From a virus (taxonomy: Duplodnaviria > Caudoviricetes), in IMG/VR virus record IMGVR_UViG_3300037044_000209, positions 1 to 34,582 of that record: a DNA stretch of 34,582 nt; one strand, given 5' to 3'. Positions 17,590-27,469 of this stretch are shown here, in pieces. The position numbers were made by a program, and so were the translations under genes. Each line of letters starts with the position of its first letter. Within the stretch, counting starts at the first letter, position 1. The notes below the pieces were generated by a model, which saw only the letters and a program-made list of their open reading frames with translations, did no database searches and was not told the origin of the DNA.

Positions 17590-19133
17590 TTTGCGGACTC
17601 TTTTAGAATCTTAATTATTCCATCTTCAAGGGAAGAGTCTTTTGTAACTTTCAAGAGTTTATCGAGCTTTTTGAGATTCTTGCTTAGAACATTTTCAAGG
17701 TCTATAGAATTTAAAACCTTCAAACCGACATTACTTGGTAACAAACGAGAAACAAACCCTGACAATGTATTAAAGGTGGCGGCATTAACAACATCTGCTG
17801 CTCCCCTTGATACCTTTTCCAGTACCCCTCTTTTCTTGGCTTTTTGATATAAGGCATTAACCTTTTCTTCCATTTTTCCAACTAATCTGTTGGTATTGTA
17901 TAAATCACTCATTCTTTCATCCAACATTTTTACCGTATTATCAGGCATAAGATTGCGAACTACATTTTTAATCCCCTTTCTAGTATTTTCAAATGCTTGA
18001 GCGTTCACGCTAGTTAAAGCGTCTCCTAGTTTACTAAATGCCTTTTTACCAAACTCTTTATTATAAATTCTCGATAAATCATTCAATTCTCTAAGAGATA
18101 ATCCCTCTTTAGCTAATTTTTCCTTTAATTGAATAATCTCGGCTCTTTTTGGGGCATCCTTAATACTTACATAAAGCTCATCTAATTGATTCAAAGCATC
18201 ATCTACAAAATTTTGTTTAATAGCTTTGTCTCCAACTTTAGTCACGGTAACTAAAGCATCGGATTTTAGTTGACCAACCTTTGTGCCAGCTTCTTCCAAT
18301 AAATCATCAACTTTTGTGGCCAATGCTTCAATGCCATCATCAATTCTTTCACCTAACTCAGTATAAGTTTTAATACCTTCGGTGTTGATAGTTGATAAGG
18401 CTTTTTTTGCTTTTAAAACATCATCAGTTTTACCCTGAACTATTTTTCCAACAACAGTATCAATTTCGTCGGTGGCACTGGCAATTCTTGCTGCTCGATT
18501 AGCGTCAATCACTTTATCTGTGACTTTGGAAACAGCCTTTATTCCCTGTTGAGTTCCTTTGACTGTTAACTGAGCCCCTTTAACGTAAGGGACAATAGCG
18601 GCTATATTTACTACATCTTCGAGGTCTTGAGCGGCTTCTGGGTGTTTTTCTTTAAATTCACCTAGCTTTTGCATGACATTTTGGGCAAATTCTGTTTCAC
18701 TTACCTTTTCAAGTCCTTTTAATGCTAAATCTTCAGCAAATTTCGGGGCAACTAATTTTAAAACACTCAATTCAAGATCACCGACTAGTCCTCCAACCTG
18801 ACCACCGACTCTTAACATCGTCCTTCCCTGACCGTCCTCAATTCTTTTTTTAGCATCCTCTTGGTCTTTGGGGACAATTGCCTCTTTAATGTTTGAGCCT
18901 CTTTCTTTGAAAGCGTCAACTACATCAGTTCCAAATTCTTTCACCGCATCTACAGGACTTCCTATGGTTTTATTATTTGGTAAGTCTTCAATCTGTTTTC
19001 CATAGACAGGATATTTCTCGACTATTTTTCCGACTAAATCCTCATCTTTCATTTGAGAATATGGAGTTCCATCACTGGCTATTCCATCGGGATATTTTTC
19101 TCTGATAGTTTTGGCAAAATCTGCTGTTTTCAT
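17586..19133 (-). CDS. Putative DNA ejection/internal virion protein
   Basis: 515 aa helical; N-terminal FAxxIRxKYP...Y....D..L......KYP.Y motif; position. Confidence 0.65.
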   Translation of the reverse strand: MKTADFAKTIREKYPDGIASDGTPYSQMKDEDLVGKIVEKYPVYGKQIEDLPNNKTIGSPVDAVKEFGTDVVDAFKERGSNIKEAIVPKDQEDAKKRIEDGQGRTMLRVGGQVGGLVGDLELSVLKLVAPKFAEDLALKGLEKVSETEFAQNVMQKLGEFKEKHPEAAQDLEDVVNIAAIVPYVKGAQLTVKGTQQGIKAVSKVTDKVIDANRAARIASATDEIDTVVGKIVQGKTDDVLKAKKALSTINTEGIKTYTELGERIDDGIEALATKVDDLLEEAGTKVGQLKSDALVTVTKVGDKAIKQNFVDDALNQLDELYVSIKDAPKRAEIIQLKEKLAKEGLSLRELNDLSRIYNKEFGKKAFSKLGDALTSVNAQAFENTRKGIKNVVRNLMPDNTVKMLDERMSDLYNTNRLVGKMEEKVNALYQKAKKRGVLEKVSRGAADVVNAATFNTLSGFVSRLLPSNVGLKVLNSIDLENVLSKNLKKLDKLLKVTKDSSLEDGIIKILKESAN

Positions 19134-20164
19134 ATTCCTAAAGGATTATTAATATTTCCACCTTGTAAAAGTTTTAATGGGTCGGTAGTATTCCCAGACC
19201 GGGGAATTAATGGGGACATATCAACTCCCACTGTGGGAGAATAACGATTGGCAAGATATTCGGATATTGCCTTTATTCCCTCAATATTTTCCTGTTCTTG
19301 CTTTGTTTCACTTGGTAGTGATTCCATTAAAAATTTCCTTTCAGCGTCTGATACTTGTGCTCCTGAAATTGCTTTGATAAATCTGGCAGTATAGACATTC
19401 ACCAAGGCTGCAAATCGATCTTCTTCTGGTTCAGTCTTTCCTAAAGTTCTTTTTCCGGGGATAGCTTTAACTCCAAACACACTAACTCCTTTTCTTGAAG
19501 CTCCGACTATCGGCCCGGTGGCAATTCCACTTTCAATTGCTTGGATAATCTCTTGGCCTGTTTGCAAAGTCCCCAACGATTCCATTACGCCTTCACGCTC
19601 ACTTTGAGAACCCAAAGATTGAGCCTTTGAAGATACTTGAGATTTAACCGAATTAATGATTTTCTGTTGCTCTGGCAATGGTAAGGTATCCAAATCAGCA
19701 TATTGATTTTCAGATTGATCACCCACTGAAGCTAATAAATCGTAAGTTTGGCCTATCTTGTCGAGTTCTGTGATATCTGTAACCCCATTATTAAAGGCGT
19801 CTCTCAATATCTCAACTTTACTTTTTCCTCCGAAAGGATCTGAAACATTAGTCTTTATAGAATTAATACTCTCTATACTCTCATCAGTTGTAGTTTCTGT
19901 AGATTTAGTGGATAAGATTTGTTGTCTTTGTTTTAAAGCATTTTGGATATCTGCCTCTTTAGCTCCTCCAATTTTTAGAGTATTTAAAAGTTGCTCATCT
20001 TCTGGTTTAACTTGAAATGTTTCTTTTTTGTTCTTATCCGTACTGACTGTACCTGCTTCTACCCAACCATTAGGCTCGTATTTCCATGTTTTTCCAGAAG
20101 AAGGGTCTTTCCAAATTGTTCCGACTCCTCCTGATGGAGTAAATTGTGGTTTATTTATATTCAT
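19130..20164 (-). CDS. Putative DNA ejection protein
   Basis: SGAQVSDAERKFL...LP motif; start moved to ATGA overlap at 20164. Confidence 0.65.
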   Translation of the reverse strand: MNINKPQFTPSGGVGTIWKDPSSGKTWKYEPNGWVEAGTVSTDKNKKETFQVKPEDEQLLNTLKIGGAKEADIQNALKQRQQILSTKSTETTTDESIESINSIKTNVSDPFGGKSKVEILRDAFNNGVTDITELDKIGQTYDLLASVGDQSENQYADLDTLPLPEQQKIINSVKSQVSSKAQSLGSQSEREGVMESLGTLQTGQEIIQAIESGIATGPIVGASRKGVSVFGVKAIPGKRTLGKTEPEEDRFAALVNVYTARFIKAISGAQVSDAERKFLMESLPSETKQEQENIEGIKAISEYLANRYSPTVGVDMSPLIPRSGNTTDPLKLLQGGNINNPLGI

Positions 20165-21543
20165 GCTATTTTTTTCCATCCTGAACTAGTATATTGCCAG
20201 ATTTCACCTGTAGATGGATCAACATAAACAGTCCCAACTCCTCCAGATGGACTGAATTGAGGTGATTGACCTGTTGTTTGAGTTGAATCTTGAGTGTTAT
20301 TCACTGATTGATAACTCATAGTGGATGTATCACCAGCCAATATCTTTTTTAAATAATCATCAGCTGTACTGGTAGTCGATCCACTTCCTGTTGCAGGCAT
20401 TTTATAGTAATAAGTTTTACCCTTGCTATCGGTGAAAGATTTTAATTGTGCTGCGGGGATACCTGATGGATTTGTGACTAATACCCCTCCGGCGGATGTA
20501 AATTGGTTGGCGGTATCTCGAACTTCTTTAGAATATTGATAATTAGCTAGTTTTTGATTGATTCCCTCTACTGTGTCATTCAAACTAACTCCAGATTGAG
20601 CCATAGCCATGGCAGTATCAGGATTAATCATCAATTCTTTGATGTAATCGGATGTTGCCTGTGCTCGGCCAAGGTCATTTTTCAAAAGGTCTGTTTGCTC
20701 TTGGGCAAGTTTACGATCTTCAGCGGTAAGGGTGATAATGTCTCTATTGGCAAGATTTAAAACCGTTTCGTAATATCCCAACCGATCCATTCTATCTTGA
20801 GTAATTGCTCCGATACTTCGGTCAATTGAATAATAGGCGTTAGCCAGGTAGGTGTTTTGTAGACTGACAACGGCAGAAATGACTCCAGCTCTAGCTGATA
20901 CATCATCCATGGTTTTCTGTACCCTTGGATTTCTAATCGCTGCTAATCCGGTAGTTTCCTGTTGTTGTTTAATAAGGTTGTTACCTTCGGTTAAAAGTTG
21001 GTCTAATTCATTCAACAATTCTCTCTGTTGGAAAATAACCTCATCAGTTCCATACCTTTCCCTCTCTGACTTTTCTAGTTCCTCCCTAAAAGGCGTAGTA
21101 AGCTTGTCAACTTCTCCTAAAGCTGCGGTCTCTTTTGCCTTGGCTGCATCGAGTTCACCTTGGGTTTTAGCTCTTTGTTCGTTTAAATTTACCTCAAGTG
21201 CGTTTCGAGCTTTTTGAACTTCCTCATTTAAACCGAATACATAATTCTGATTAGCTCCTGTCGTATAAGCTGGAGTTACTCCTGGGGTGATACTTTGAGC
21301 AGATACATTGGCAAGATATTGGTCAAATTGTTGGAGAGAAACACCTTGGGCGGCAGCTGAGGCGGATCTGACTTCCTGATTTACTGCTGAACCAGCTCCT
21401 TGTTGATTAGATTCAGGGTGAATTACATTAGGATCTGATAAGGTCCCATTCCAATATTGTCTGCCTTGATACCATCCACCAGTTTGAAATCCCCCTGATG
21501 GTGCTGTAATTCCTAGTTGAGTTGGATTATAAGTATTTGCCAT
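20161..21543 (-). CDS. Putative DNA ejection protein
   Basis: Gln/Ala-rich coiled coil; start moved to ATG 21543 after the leader hairpin. Confidence 0.6.
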   Translation of the reverse strand: MANTYNPTQLGITAPSGGFQTGGWYQGRQYWNGTLSDPNVIHPESNQQGAGSAVNQEVRSASAAAQGVSLQQFDQYLANVSAQSITPGVTPAYTTGANQNYVFGLNEEVQKARNALEVNLNEQRAKTQGELDAAKAKETAALGEVDKLTTPFREELEKSERERYGTDEVIFQQRELLNELDQLLTEGNNLIKQQQETTGLAAIRNPRVQKTMDDVSARAGVISAVVSLQNTYLANAYYSIDRSIGAITQDRMDRLGYYETVLNLANRDIITLTAEDRKLAQEQTDLLKNDLGRAQATSDYIKELMINPDTAMAMAQSGVSLNDTVEGINQKLANYQYSKEVRDTANQFTSAGGVLVTNPSGIPAAQLKSFTDSKGKTYYYKMPATGSGSTTSTADDYLKKILAGDTSTMSYQSVNNTQDSTQTTGQSPQFSPSGGVGTVYVDPSTGEIWQYTSSGWKKIA

Positions 21544-21584
21544 GCGTTGTTTAAAACACAACGCTTTATTAAAAAATTATAACA
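21544..21584 (-). promoter_or_regulatory. Late-module leader motif, copy 2
   Basis: TGTTATAAT-10-AGCGTTGTG-TTTTAA-ACAACGC-ATG. Confidence 0.8.
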
Positions 21585-21588
21585 AAAA

Positions 21589-22485
21589 TTAATCAGCTAT
21601 TTTGTCTTTAAAAATAATAACCCTAAAACTAATAGTAAGAGTACCGGGTAAATTAACTACTAAAATTGAATTAGAACCTGATGTTGTATCTCCTAACCAG
21701 CTATTTGTCGGACTACCATCATTGGTTATTAAAAATCCCATTGCATTGCCTGATGTCCAATTATTTCTGGCAATAATTTCTTCTAAAGAAGATTTTATGT
21801 TTATTTGAAAACTAAAAGGAGTAGAAGCAGGATTCTGATTTTGTGATGTATAAGCAGTTGTACGACTTCTTCCCATTGGATTACTACCAAAATCTCCGGT
21901 ATTATCTTCATCAATTCCATAAGTTTTCATCTTAGTATCCGAAGTACTACTTCCTTTCTGAGCTACATAAGCATCTATATAAGCCGCAGATACCGATTGA
22001 TTCTTGGTTAAAGTAATACCGGCAAACCTCATAGCACCAGACATATTTCCCATACCATCCGCATCATTGTTGCCTACAACATATAAATTCCTACCACTTC
22101 CCCCAGACCATTCACCAAAATAATCATTTAGACTATAAATTTGCCTATTATATGGACTGGCATAGGAATAACCAACTGTAATACCGGTGGTGGTGGCATA
22201 TGCCCAAGGGTAATAATCAAATCCAACTCCATAAGGGATATCGGGTAATAACCTTTCTACTGATTCGTCAGACCGTTTGTAATAAATCAAAAAAGCGGGT
22301 ACATACCCCAAACCATGAGAAACAGTAGACGATTTCTCGGTATCACCAGCTGAAAAGGAAACGGATGTCGTAGAAGAAGAATGGAGTTTAAACATAGAAA
22401 AGGTATTGATATCAACGCTCAAATCCCTCATATCAGTAGAATGAACTGATTTTCCCGGCTTAGCTATCTTTATTCCGTGTGTCAT
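21589..22485 (-). CDS. Tail protein, paralogue 3 with inserted beta-sandwich domain
   Basis: GIKIAKPGKSVHST...HGLGYVP core plus about 170-aa insertion. Confidence 0.65.
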   Translation of the reverse strand: MTHGIKIAKPGKSVHSTDMRDLSVDINTFSMFKLHSSSTTSVSFSAGDTEKSSTVSHGLGYVPAFLIYYKRSDESVERLLPDIPYGVGFDYYPWAYATTTGITVGYSYASPYNRQIYSLNDYFGEWSGGSGRNLYVVGNNDADGMGNMSGAMRFAGITLTKNQSVSAAYIDAYVAQKGSSTSDTKMKTYGIDEDNTGDFGSNPMGRSRTTAYTSQNQNPASTPFSFQINIKSSLEEIIARNNWTSGNAMGFLITNDGSPTNSWLGDTTSGSNSILVVNLPGTLTISFRVIIFKDKIAD

Positions 22486-22886
22486 AAGCCGTCATCTCCA
22501 AAAATAAAGTAACTAACCTTAACAGATTTGGTTGAAGCAGTAGTATTATTTACTCTAATTTTCAAATAGGTAGTATCAACATAAGTTGTTGCCGAATCAG
22601 GATTAACTAAGACATAAGAAGAAGGAAAACCATCCGCAATACTGGGAATACTCACTCCACAATAGAAATGACCTGAAGCCAATTCAGCAAAAACCCAACA
22701 CATTGGCACAAAATCAAGCCCATGTGTTACTGATACATCAGTATATGAGCCGGCATTGACATTGATTGAGGCAGTATTTTCACTATAAATCTTTATGGTC
22801 TCATAATCAGAATTAAAGATGTAGTCATTCGGATTAGTACTGGTTACACTCTTTCCTGATTTGGCTACCTTTACTCCATAACTCAT
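22482..22886 (-). CDS. Tail protein, paralogue 2
   Basis: GVKVAKSGKSVTST...HGLDFVP. Confidence 0.65.
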   Translation of the reverse strand: MSYGVKVAKSGKSVTSTNPNDYIFNSDYETIKIYSENTASINVNAGSYTDVSVTHGLDFVPMCWVFAELASGHFYCGVSIPSIADGFPSSYVLVNPDSATTYVDTTYLKIRVNNTTASTKSVKVSYFIFGDDGL

Positions 22887-23185
22887 ATTGCTTGATGATA
22901 AAGAATGTAATATCTAATATCAGATTCGGCTCTAACATAAGTAGAATCAACACTACTACCTGTTGTTTCAATCTGTCCGACAATTCCTGCTTTGGTTGAT
23001 GAAAACTTGACCATGGATAGAACTATCGGGACGTACCCTAAACCATGAGCATAAGTCTGTCCATCATTAAGCGTGCCAGAATGTTTGACCTTTAAAGTCT
23101 CTAAATCCTCTCGGATAACAAAATCATTCGGGTCTGTTGAGTAAACACTCTTTCCGTGTTTTGCAATTCTAAAAACATTTGTCAT
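22883..23185 (-). CDS. Tail protein, paralogue 1
   Basis: FRIAKHGKSVYST...HGLGYVP. Confidence 0.65.
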   Translation of the reverse strand: MTNVFRIAKHGKSVYSTDPNDFVIREDLETLKVKHSGTLNDGQTYAHGLGYVPIVLSMVKFSSTKAGIVGQIETTGSSVDSTYVRAESDIRYYILYHQAI

Positions 23186-23550
23186 TAAGTTGGGTATAAA
23201 CCAATAAGGACAATATCGTTGGTGCCGTCATTGATTACTATACTGCCTCCTAAAACCTGTTCTTCTCCATTCTTTGTAAGATAAGCATTAGCAGTAAGGC
23301 TGGTAACAGTTGTATTCCCTTCCATATCAACTTTAAAAGGAGCTTCTCCAAAATCTGCTGAACCTAACCAAATCCCCTCACTGCTTTGTCCAAAAACTTT
23401 ATTGCCATATCCTCTCACTAATTTATCAGAAAACGCCTGTAACCCTCCAATATTTTGTCCCAGTGGCATATCTCCGGCGATATACTCCGTCATCAGTTCC
23501 TGACTGGCGGATTTTAGTGACATTCTTGGTGATAGATCAATTGTTTTCAT
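23185..23550 (-). CDS. Tail needle/hub-like protein
   Basis: GIWLGSADF.EAPFKVDMEG; C-terminal I.INDGTN..VLIG; follows nozzle. Confidence 0.5.
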   Translation of the reverse strand: MKTIDLSPRMSLKSASQELMTEYIAGDMPLGQNIGGLQAFSDKLVRGYGNKVFGQSSEGIWLGSADFGEAPFKVDMEGNTTVTSLTANAYLTKNGEEQVLGGSIVINDGTNDIVLIGLYPT

Positions 23551-24980
23551 TACCTTTCAACAAAGTTTCCTAAACAAGTAATCTTTCTAATTGGACAATT
23601 AGCACTCGCACTACCATTCTGATAACTAATAGCCACTCGTAAATCTTCAACAGCCGGCAGATTAATGGTTTTAAAAACATGTCTGGTTTTACTAGTCCCT
23701 GTTATCTCAAAAGCACTGGATGTTTCTGCTCCTTGGTTGCCTTCAAGGGTTAAATCTGCCCTTGCTCCTGCTCCCAATGCCTTGGTACTTACAATAACCG
23801 TATGTACCCTACCCAAACTCCTTTCTTTAGTCAAATCAACCAAAACACTTTTCCAACTGCTGTCAGTTGAATAACCATTAAACTTGGCAAGACGGTGGTT
23901 ACTTGACCCATCCGTAGAGGCGACAATGGGTATCCCAAAGGGAGCAGCTATCCCCCCCACGGTGGCATAACCACCATCCGCCAAGTCTGAAATTTGGATC
24001 GGCAATTGCTCAACTTGAGCACCGAAGGAAAACACATCAGCCCCAGATACGAAGATGATCGTGTTTTTATAAAGTGTTTTTTGCCGATGGTTTGGTAGAG
24101 AGCCCGAAAAATATCGAAGCGGTTTTAGTTGTCTTCCTGAAATCCAGCCTATCGCATAGCCATCAGCTGATAAATCCTCGTAAGCCACATAAACAATTCC
24201 GTTTAAAACATAAAGAAAACCTATTTTCTGACTGCCAATTCCAACTTCATCTGAGAGTATATTGGACATTGCTGAACCATCATAAAGATAAATTTGACTT
24301 CTTCTCCCTTCTCCGTAATTTACTGCTATCCACCAAAGATTTGAATGGAAAACAACATCGGCAACTTCTGCACCTTCCCCAAAATCTAGCTTTTGTATAT
24401 CTAGGGTTGCTGACCCTTCGACATAAACTCCAACATATCTTCCATTACCAAAAACCATAATATCTTCTTTAGCAGCGACTGGATGTGGTGCATTTTCTAA
24501 TGCTGCATCAGTTGTAGAACCCCAGTCAGGATCAATTACTTCTGTAGATAAAGGCATTTGGAAAATATCTCCACCAGAAGATTTGTTGAAAAAGCCATAC
24601 AAGTTAGCCTTGAGCCTAATTAAACTCTCACCACTCGTCATATTAGTTACTGCTTGAGGCCAAGAAGGTGTACCACCACTCGTGACTGTGGTTGAAGACA
24701 ACTTGAATAATTTAGTTGTACCGATAGCGTAGGTGGTGTCTGAGGCTGTGGGTTTATCTAGGATAAAACGTATGAGCTGATCGACTACTCCTGCTTGGGT
24801 ACCGTTGGTTAGGTCGGCTAATGCTGGAGATTGCTGTAAAAACCCAGGGTTAGAAATAACGTCTGCTTTCATCTCTGAAGCCTGGCCTTTTGAGCCTTTA
24901 AAAGTTTTGGTGTCGATATGAGCTAATGGAGAGAATCCATCTCCAAAATCTTCAAATGTAATTGCAAATTGAGTATCCAT
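23550..24980 (-). CDS. Tail nozzle/stabilisation protein (P22 gp10-like beta-propeller)
   Basis: 476 aa beta-rich; F.DF..G N-terminus; podovirus context. Confidence 0.65.
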   Translation of the reverse strand: MDTQFAITFEDFGDGFSPLAHIDTKTFKGSKGQASEMKADVISNPGFLQQSPALADLTNGTQAGVVDQLIRFILDKPTASDTTYAIGTTKLFKLSSTTVTSGGTPSWPQAVTNMTSGESLIRLKANLYGFFNKSSGGDIFQMPLSTEVIDPDWGSTTDAALENAPHPVAAKEDIMVFGNGRYVGVYVEGSATLDIQKLDFGEGAEVADVVFHSNLWWIAVNYGEGRRSQIYLYDGSAMSNILSDEVGIGSQKIGFLYVLNGIVYVAYEDLSADGYAIGWISGRQLKPLRYFSGSLPNHRQKTLYKNTIIFVSGADVFSFGAQVEQLPIQISDLADGGYATVGGIAAPFGIPIVASTDGSSNHRLAKFNGYSTDSSWKSVLVDLTKERSLGRVHTVIVSTKALGAGARADLTLEGNQGAETSSAFEITGTSKTRHVFKTINLPAVEDLRVAISYQNGSASANCPIRKITCLGNFVER

Positions 24981-26746
24981 TATGCATTGACCGGTGGCTC
25001 TTGCGGTTTACCGGCTCTATTTACTGGTTGCCCTTGTTGTGAGGGAACTTCTAATAGTTGAGGTTGTGGTTGTCTTGGAGGTATAGGAATATTTCTTGAT
25101 CGATATATCTGATCCAATATCCAGTTAATTCTCTCCGGGTCTTGTTCAAAGCCAATAAGTTGAGTCAAGTCTTGTAGTTGTTCTGAGAGGTCGTAATTTT
25201 CTCCAGTGATGGTGACAAACAATCTGGGCATTACTGCTTCCCAAATCTTTTTAGTGTTTTTGATGGCTGGATCGGCTTTCTTAATTTCCTCCAACTTTTC
25301 TTCTTTTATTGCTACTGCCGTTTCTTTGGTGTGTGGGCCAATGGCAACTAGATTTTGAGCATACCAACTATCGACTAATATCTCTCGGAGTTGGTCCATG
25401 ATATCGGTTTCACCTACAAACCTGAATACATCTTTACCTTTCATGTCCTTGATAAGTTCCGGTAATACCCATTCTTTGAAGACTCGCTTATAAGGTAGAG
25501 TAATTTTTTGTCGTAAGAGGACAAATAACTTGCCGGCATTCTGATCCATCAAGAGTCCCATTCTAAACGGTGTATTTGAAGGTGGGGTATCACCTCTAGT
25601 TACTTCATAGGAATTGGATAGCTTATCAGCATCGGTCATTAGTCTGTTCCAGTCGGCAATCAACTGGTCAAGGCTTCTCATTCGGACATCAACCTGTTGC
25701 AAATCATCAGTAATGACAATATCTCCATTGTCCATATCAGCTCTGATATTCTGTAAAACCTTAGCATCTCCACTTCGGAAGATGACCTTAGAAGCCCATT
25801 CAAGCCCTCTGGCTAATTGATTACCGATTTCATTGGCTCTAATCTGGTGGTCGAATAAGAGTTCATACATTCCCACTCTCCAAAACCTACCTTCAAACTT
25901 ACCTCGGTGAGCAAAGATGTAATGATCAGACATTGTTCCGGTTAATTTATCAGCAAATAGGGTGTATTTCTCACCTGTACCGCTTTCTTTCAGGCCGGCA
26001 ACAACTACCTTGGCTAGAAAGTATTTATTTTCATCTCCAGTATCTTTCCCTTTAGCTTGGTTAAATTCCAGTTCATTGACTTCACCAGTAAACTCAAATA
26101 CTTCATACCTTTTTCCAGTAGCTGAAATCGGGGTAGTTTGAGTAGAGGCTTTAAAAGACTTATTTCCCAAATTCTCAATGACTAAATCTATATTCTCCTG
26201 ATCCCATTGTTTCATTCCTTTGAGTTGAGAGGCTGTCATTTCATGACGTTCAAGAATATCGGTATCATCAATCGTTTGAGCCTTCTGATTGGTAACGTAG
26301 GTATTTAAAACGTCAATAATCTCATATCCACCGTCTACTCTTTTAAAACCGATATTTCCATTAGCCACAAACTCTTCAACAGAAGACTTCAGTTTAATAT
26401 CCTCCCCTTTTTTCGACATCCAAGACTTTAGGGTAGCGTTAGAGAGGAAAACGGCAGCAAAATCCTTTATCGGGTTTTGGGAGAACACCATGATATTTTT
26501 GGTATCAAAGCGGAGATTCTTGATTTCATTATCTGCCCGAGGAGAAGTGATATCGAAGTAGTAGTTATAACTCAAATCCGGATTAATCTTTTCCCCGGTC
26601 AAATCCCTATTACGGAATTTATAGATACGGTTTATCAAATTATGCTGGCTAAAATGGACTCCCGGACTTATCTCAATCTTGCCAGAAATGTAACTACCTA
26701 TCTCGCTTTCTAATCTTTTAAAAAGGGTTGATTGTATCTTTTTCAT
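24980..26746 (-). CDS. Portal protein
   Basis: 588 aa; GRFWRVGMYELLFDHQ..ANE..NQ; Q/P-rich C-terminal tail. Confidence 0.75.
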   Translation of the reverse strand: MKKIQSTLFKRLESEIGSYISGKIEISPGVHFSQHNLINRIYKFRNRDLTGEKINPDLSYNYYFDITSPRADNEIKNLRFDTKNIMVFSQNPIKDFAAVFLSNATLKSWMSKKGEDIKLKSSVEEFVANGNIGFKRVDGGYEIIDVLNTYVTNQKAQTIDDTDILERHEMTASQLKGMKQWDQENIDLVIENLGNKSFKASTQTTPISATGKRYEVFEFTGEVNELEFNQAKGKDTGDENKYFLAKVVVAGLKESGTGEKYTLFADKLTGTMSDHYIFAHRGKFEGRFWRVGMYELLFDHQIRANEIGNQLARGLEWASKVIFRSGDAKVLQNIRADMDNGDIVITDDLQQVDVRMRSLDQLIADWNRLMTDADKLSNSYEVTRGDTPPSNTPFRMGLLMDQNAGKLFVLLRQKITLPYKRVFKEWVLPELIKDMKGKDVFRFVGETDIMDQLREILVDSWYAQNLVAIGPHTKETAVAIKEEKLEEIKKADPAIKNTKKIWEAVMPRLFVTITGENYDLSEQLQDLTQLIGFEQDPERINWILDQIYRSRNIPIPPRQPQPQLLEVPSQQGQPVNRAGKPQEPPVNA

Positions 26747-26764
26747 TAAAGGGTATGAAAACTA

Positions 26765-27469
26765 TTAAAGTCCATAAGCATTTACGGATTGTTTTTTTAA
26801 CCTAAATCTGGTTCTATCATCAGGACTTCTTCTGGCGTAATGCTCCTGAATTGTCGCCCTGATTCTTTCTTTTTCAGACATTAAAAAAGAAGCTTTTTCT
26901 TTCATCCCATTTGCCAGAGCATAACGGAGGGAAGCACCGATAGATAAGTATTGATGGAATTGTGGATTAAATCCAGGCTTTTCGTCTGTATCAGCAGTCG
27001 AGAAATGATTAGCTCCTCTTTGGAACTCTAATTCATATTCTATTGCTGACGATGGCACTGGTATTGGAAAGATAGCATTATCGATTTTGTAGTACTTATA
27101 AGGTGTCCCGGTGGAGTTTAAATCACTATCAGATAATTCTCGCCTAGTTACCGAAGTTAGAGTTTTATATACCCCACTAGTATCTTTAATTCTTACCCGA
27201 TGAATCACCATACTTCCATCAGGTATGGTTACATGGTCTTCACTTGTAGTAATGGTAGCAATTGGAAAGTCTGTATTAGTAATATCGTCCCACATGAAAT
27301 TGGGATCGGCTTTAAAAAGTTCGGAGACTACCTCATCCAGAGAGATGTTGACATTTCGTGTTCTATCGGCCAAGGCGTAATCACTGTTGAATGTTGAGCC
27401 GTCAGCAAATAACAAAAAATCGATGTCTGCGACAATCGAATTACTTTTATCTGTAGGATTAAATTGCAT
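26765..27469 (-). CDS. Head-tail adaptor/connector protein
   Basis: GTPYKYY...IFPIPVP, FHQYL..GA..RY pattern; start moved to ATG 27469; ends YGL. Confidence 0.7.
   Translation of the reverse strand: MQFNPTDKSNSIVADIDFLLFADGSTFNSDYALADRTRNVNISLDEVVSELFKADPNFMWDDITNTDFPIATITTSEDHVTIPDGSMVIHRVRIKDTSGVYKTLTSVTRRELSDSDLNSTGTPYKYYKIDNAIFPIPVPSSAIEYELEFQRGANHFSTADTDEKPGFNPQFHQYLSIGASLRYALANGMKEKASFLMSEKERIRATIQEHYARRSPDDRTRFRLKKQSVNAYGL

Noticed and set aside
1350-22493. Other C-termini ending GL or GI (WTTGL, NPLGI, DDGL)
   Set aside because: Lack the Tyr and the basic segment, so not counted with the YGL motif
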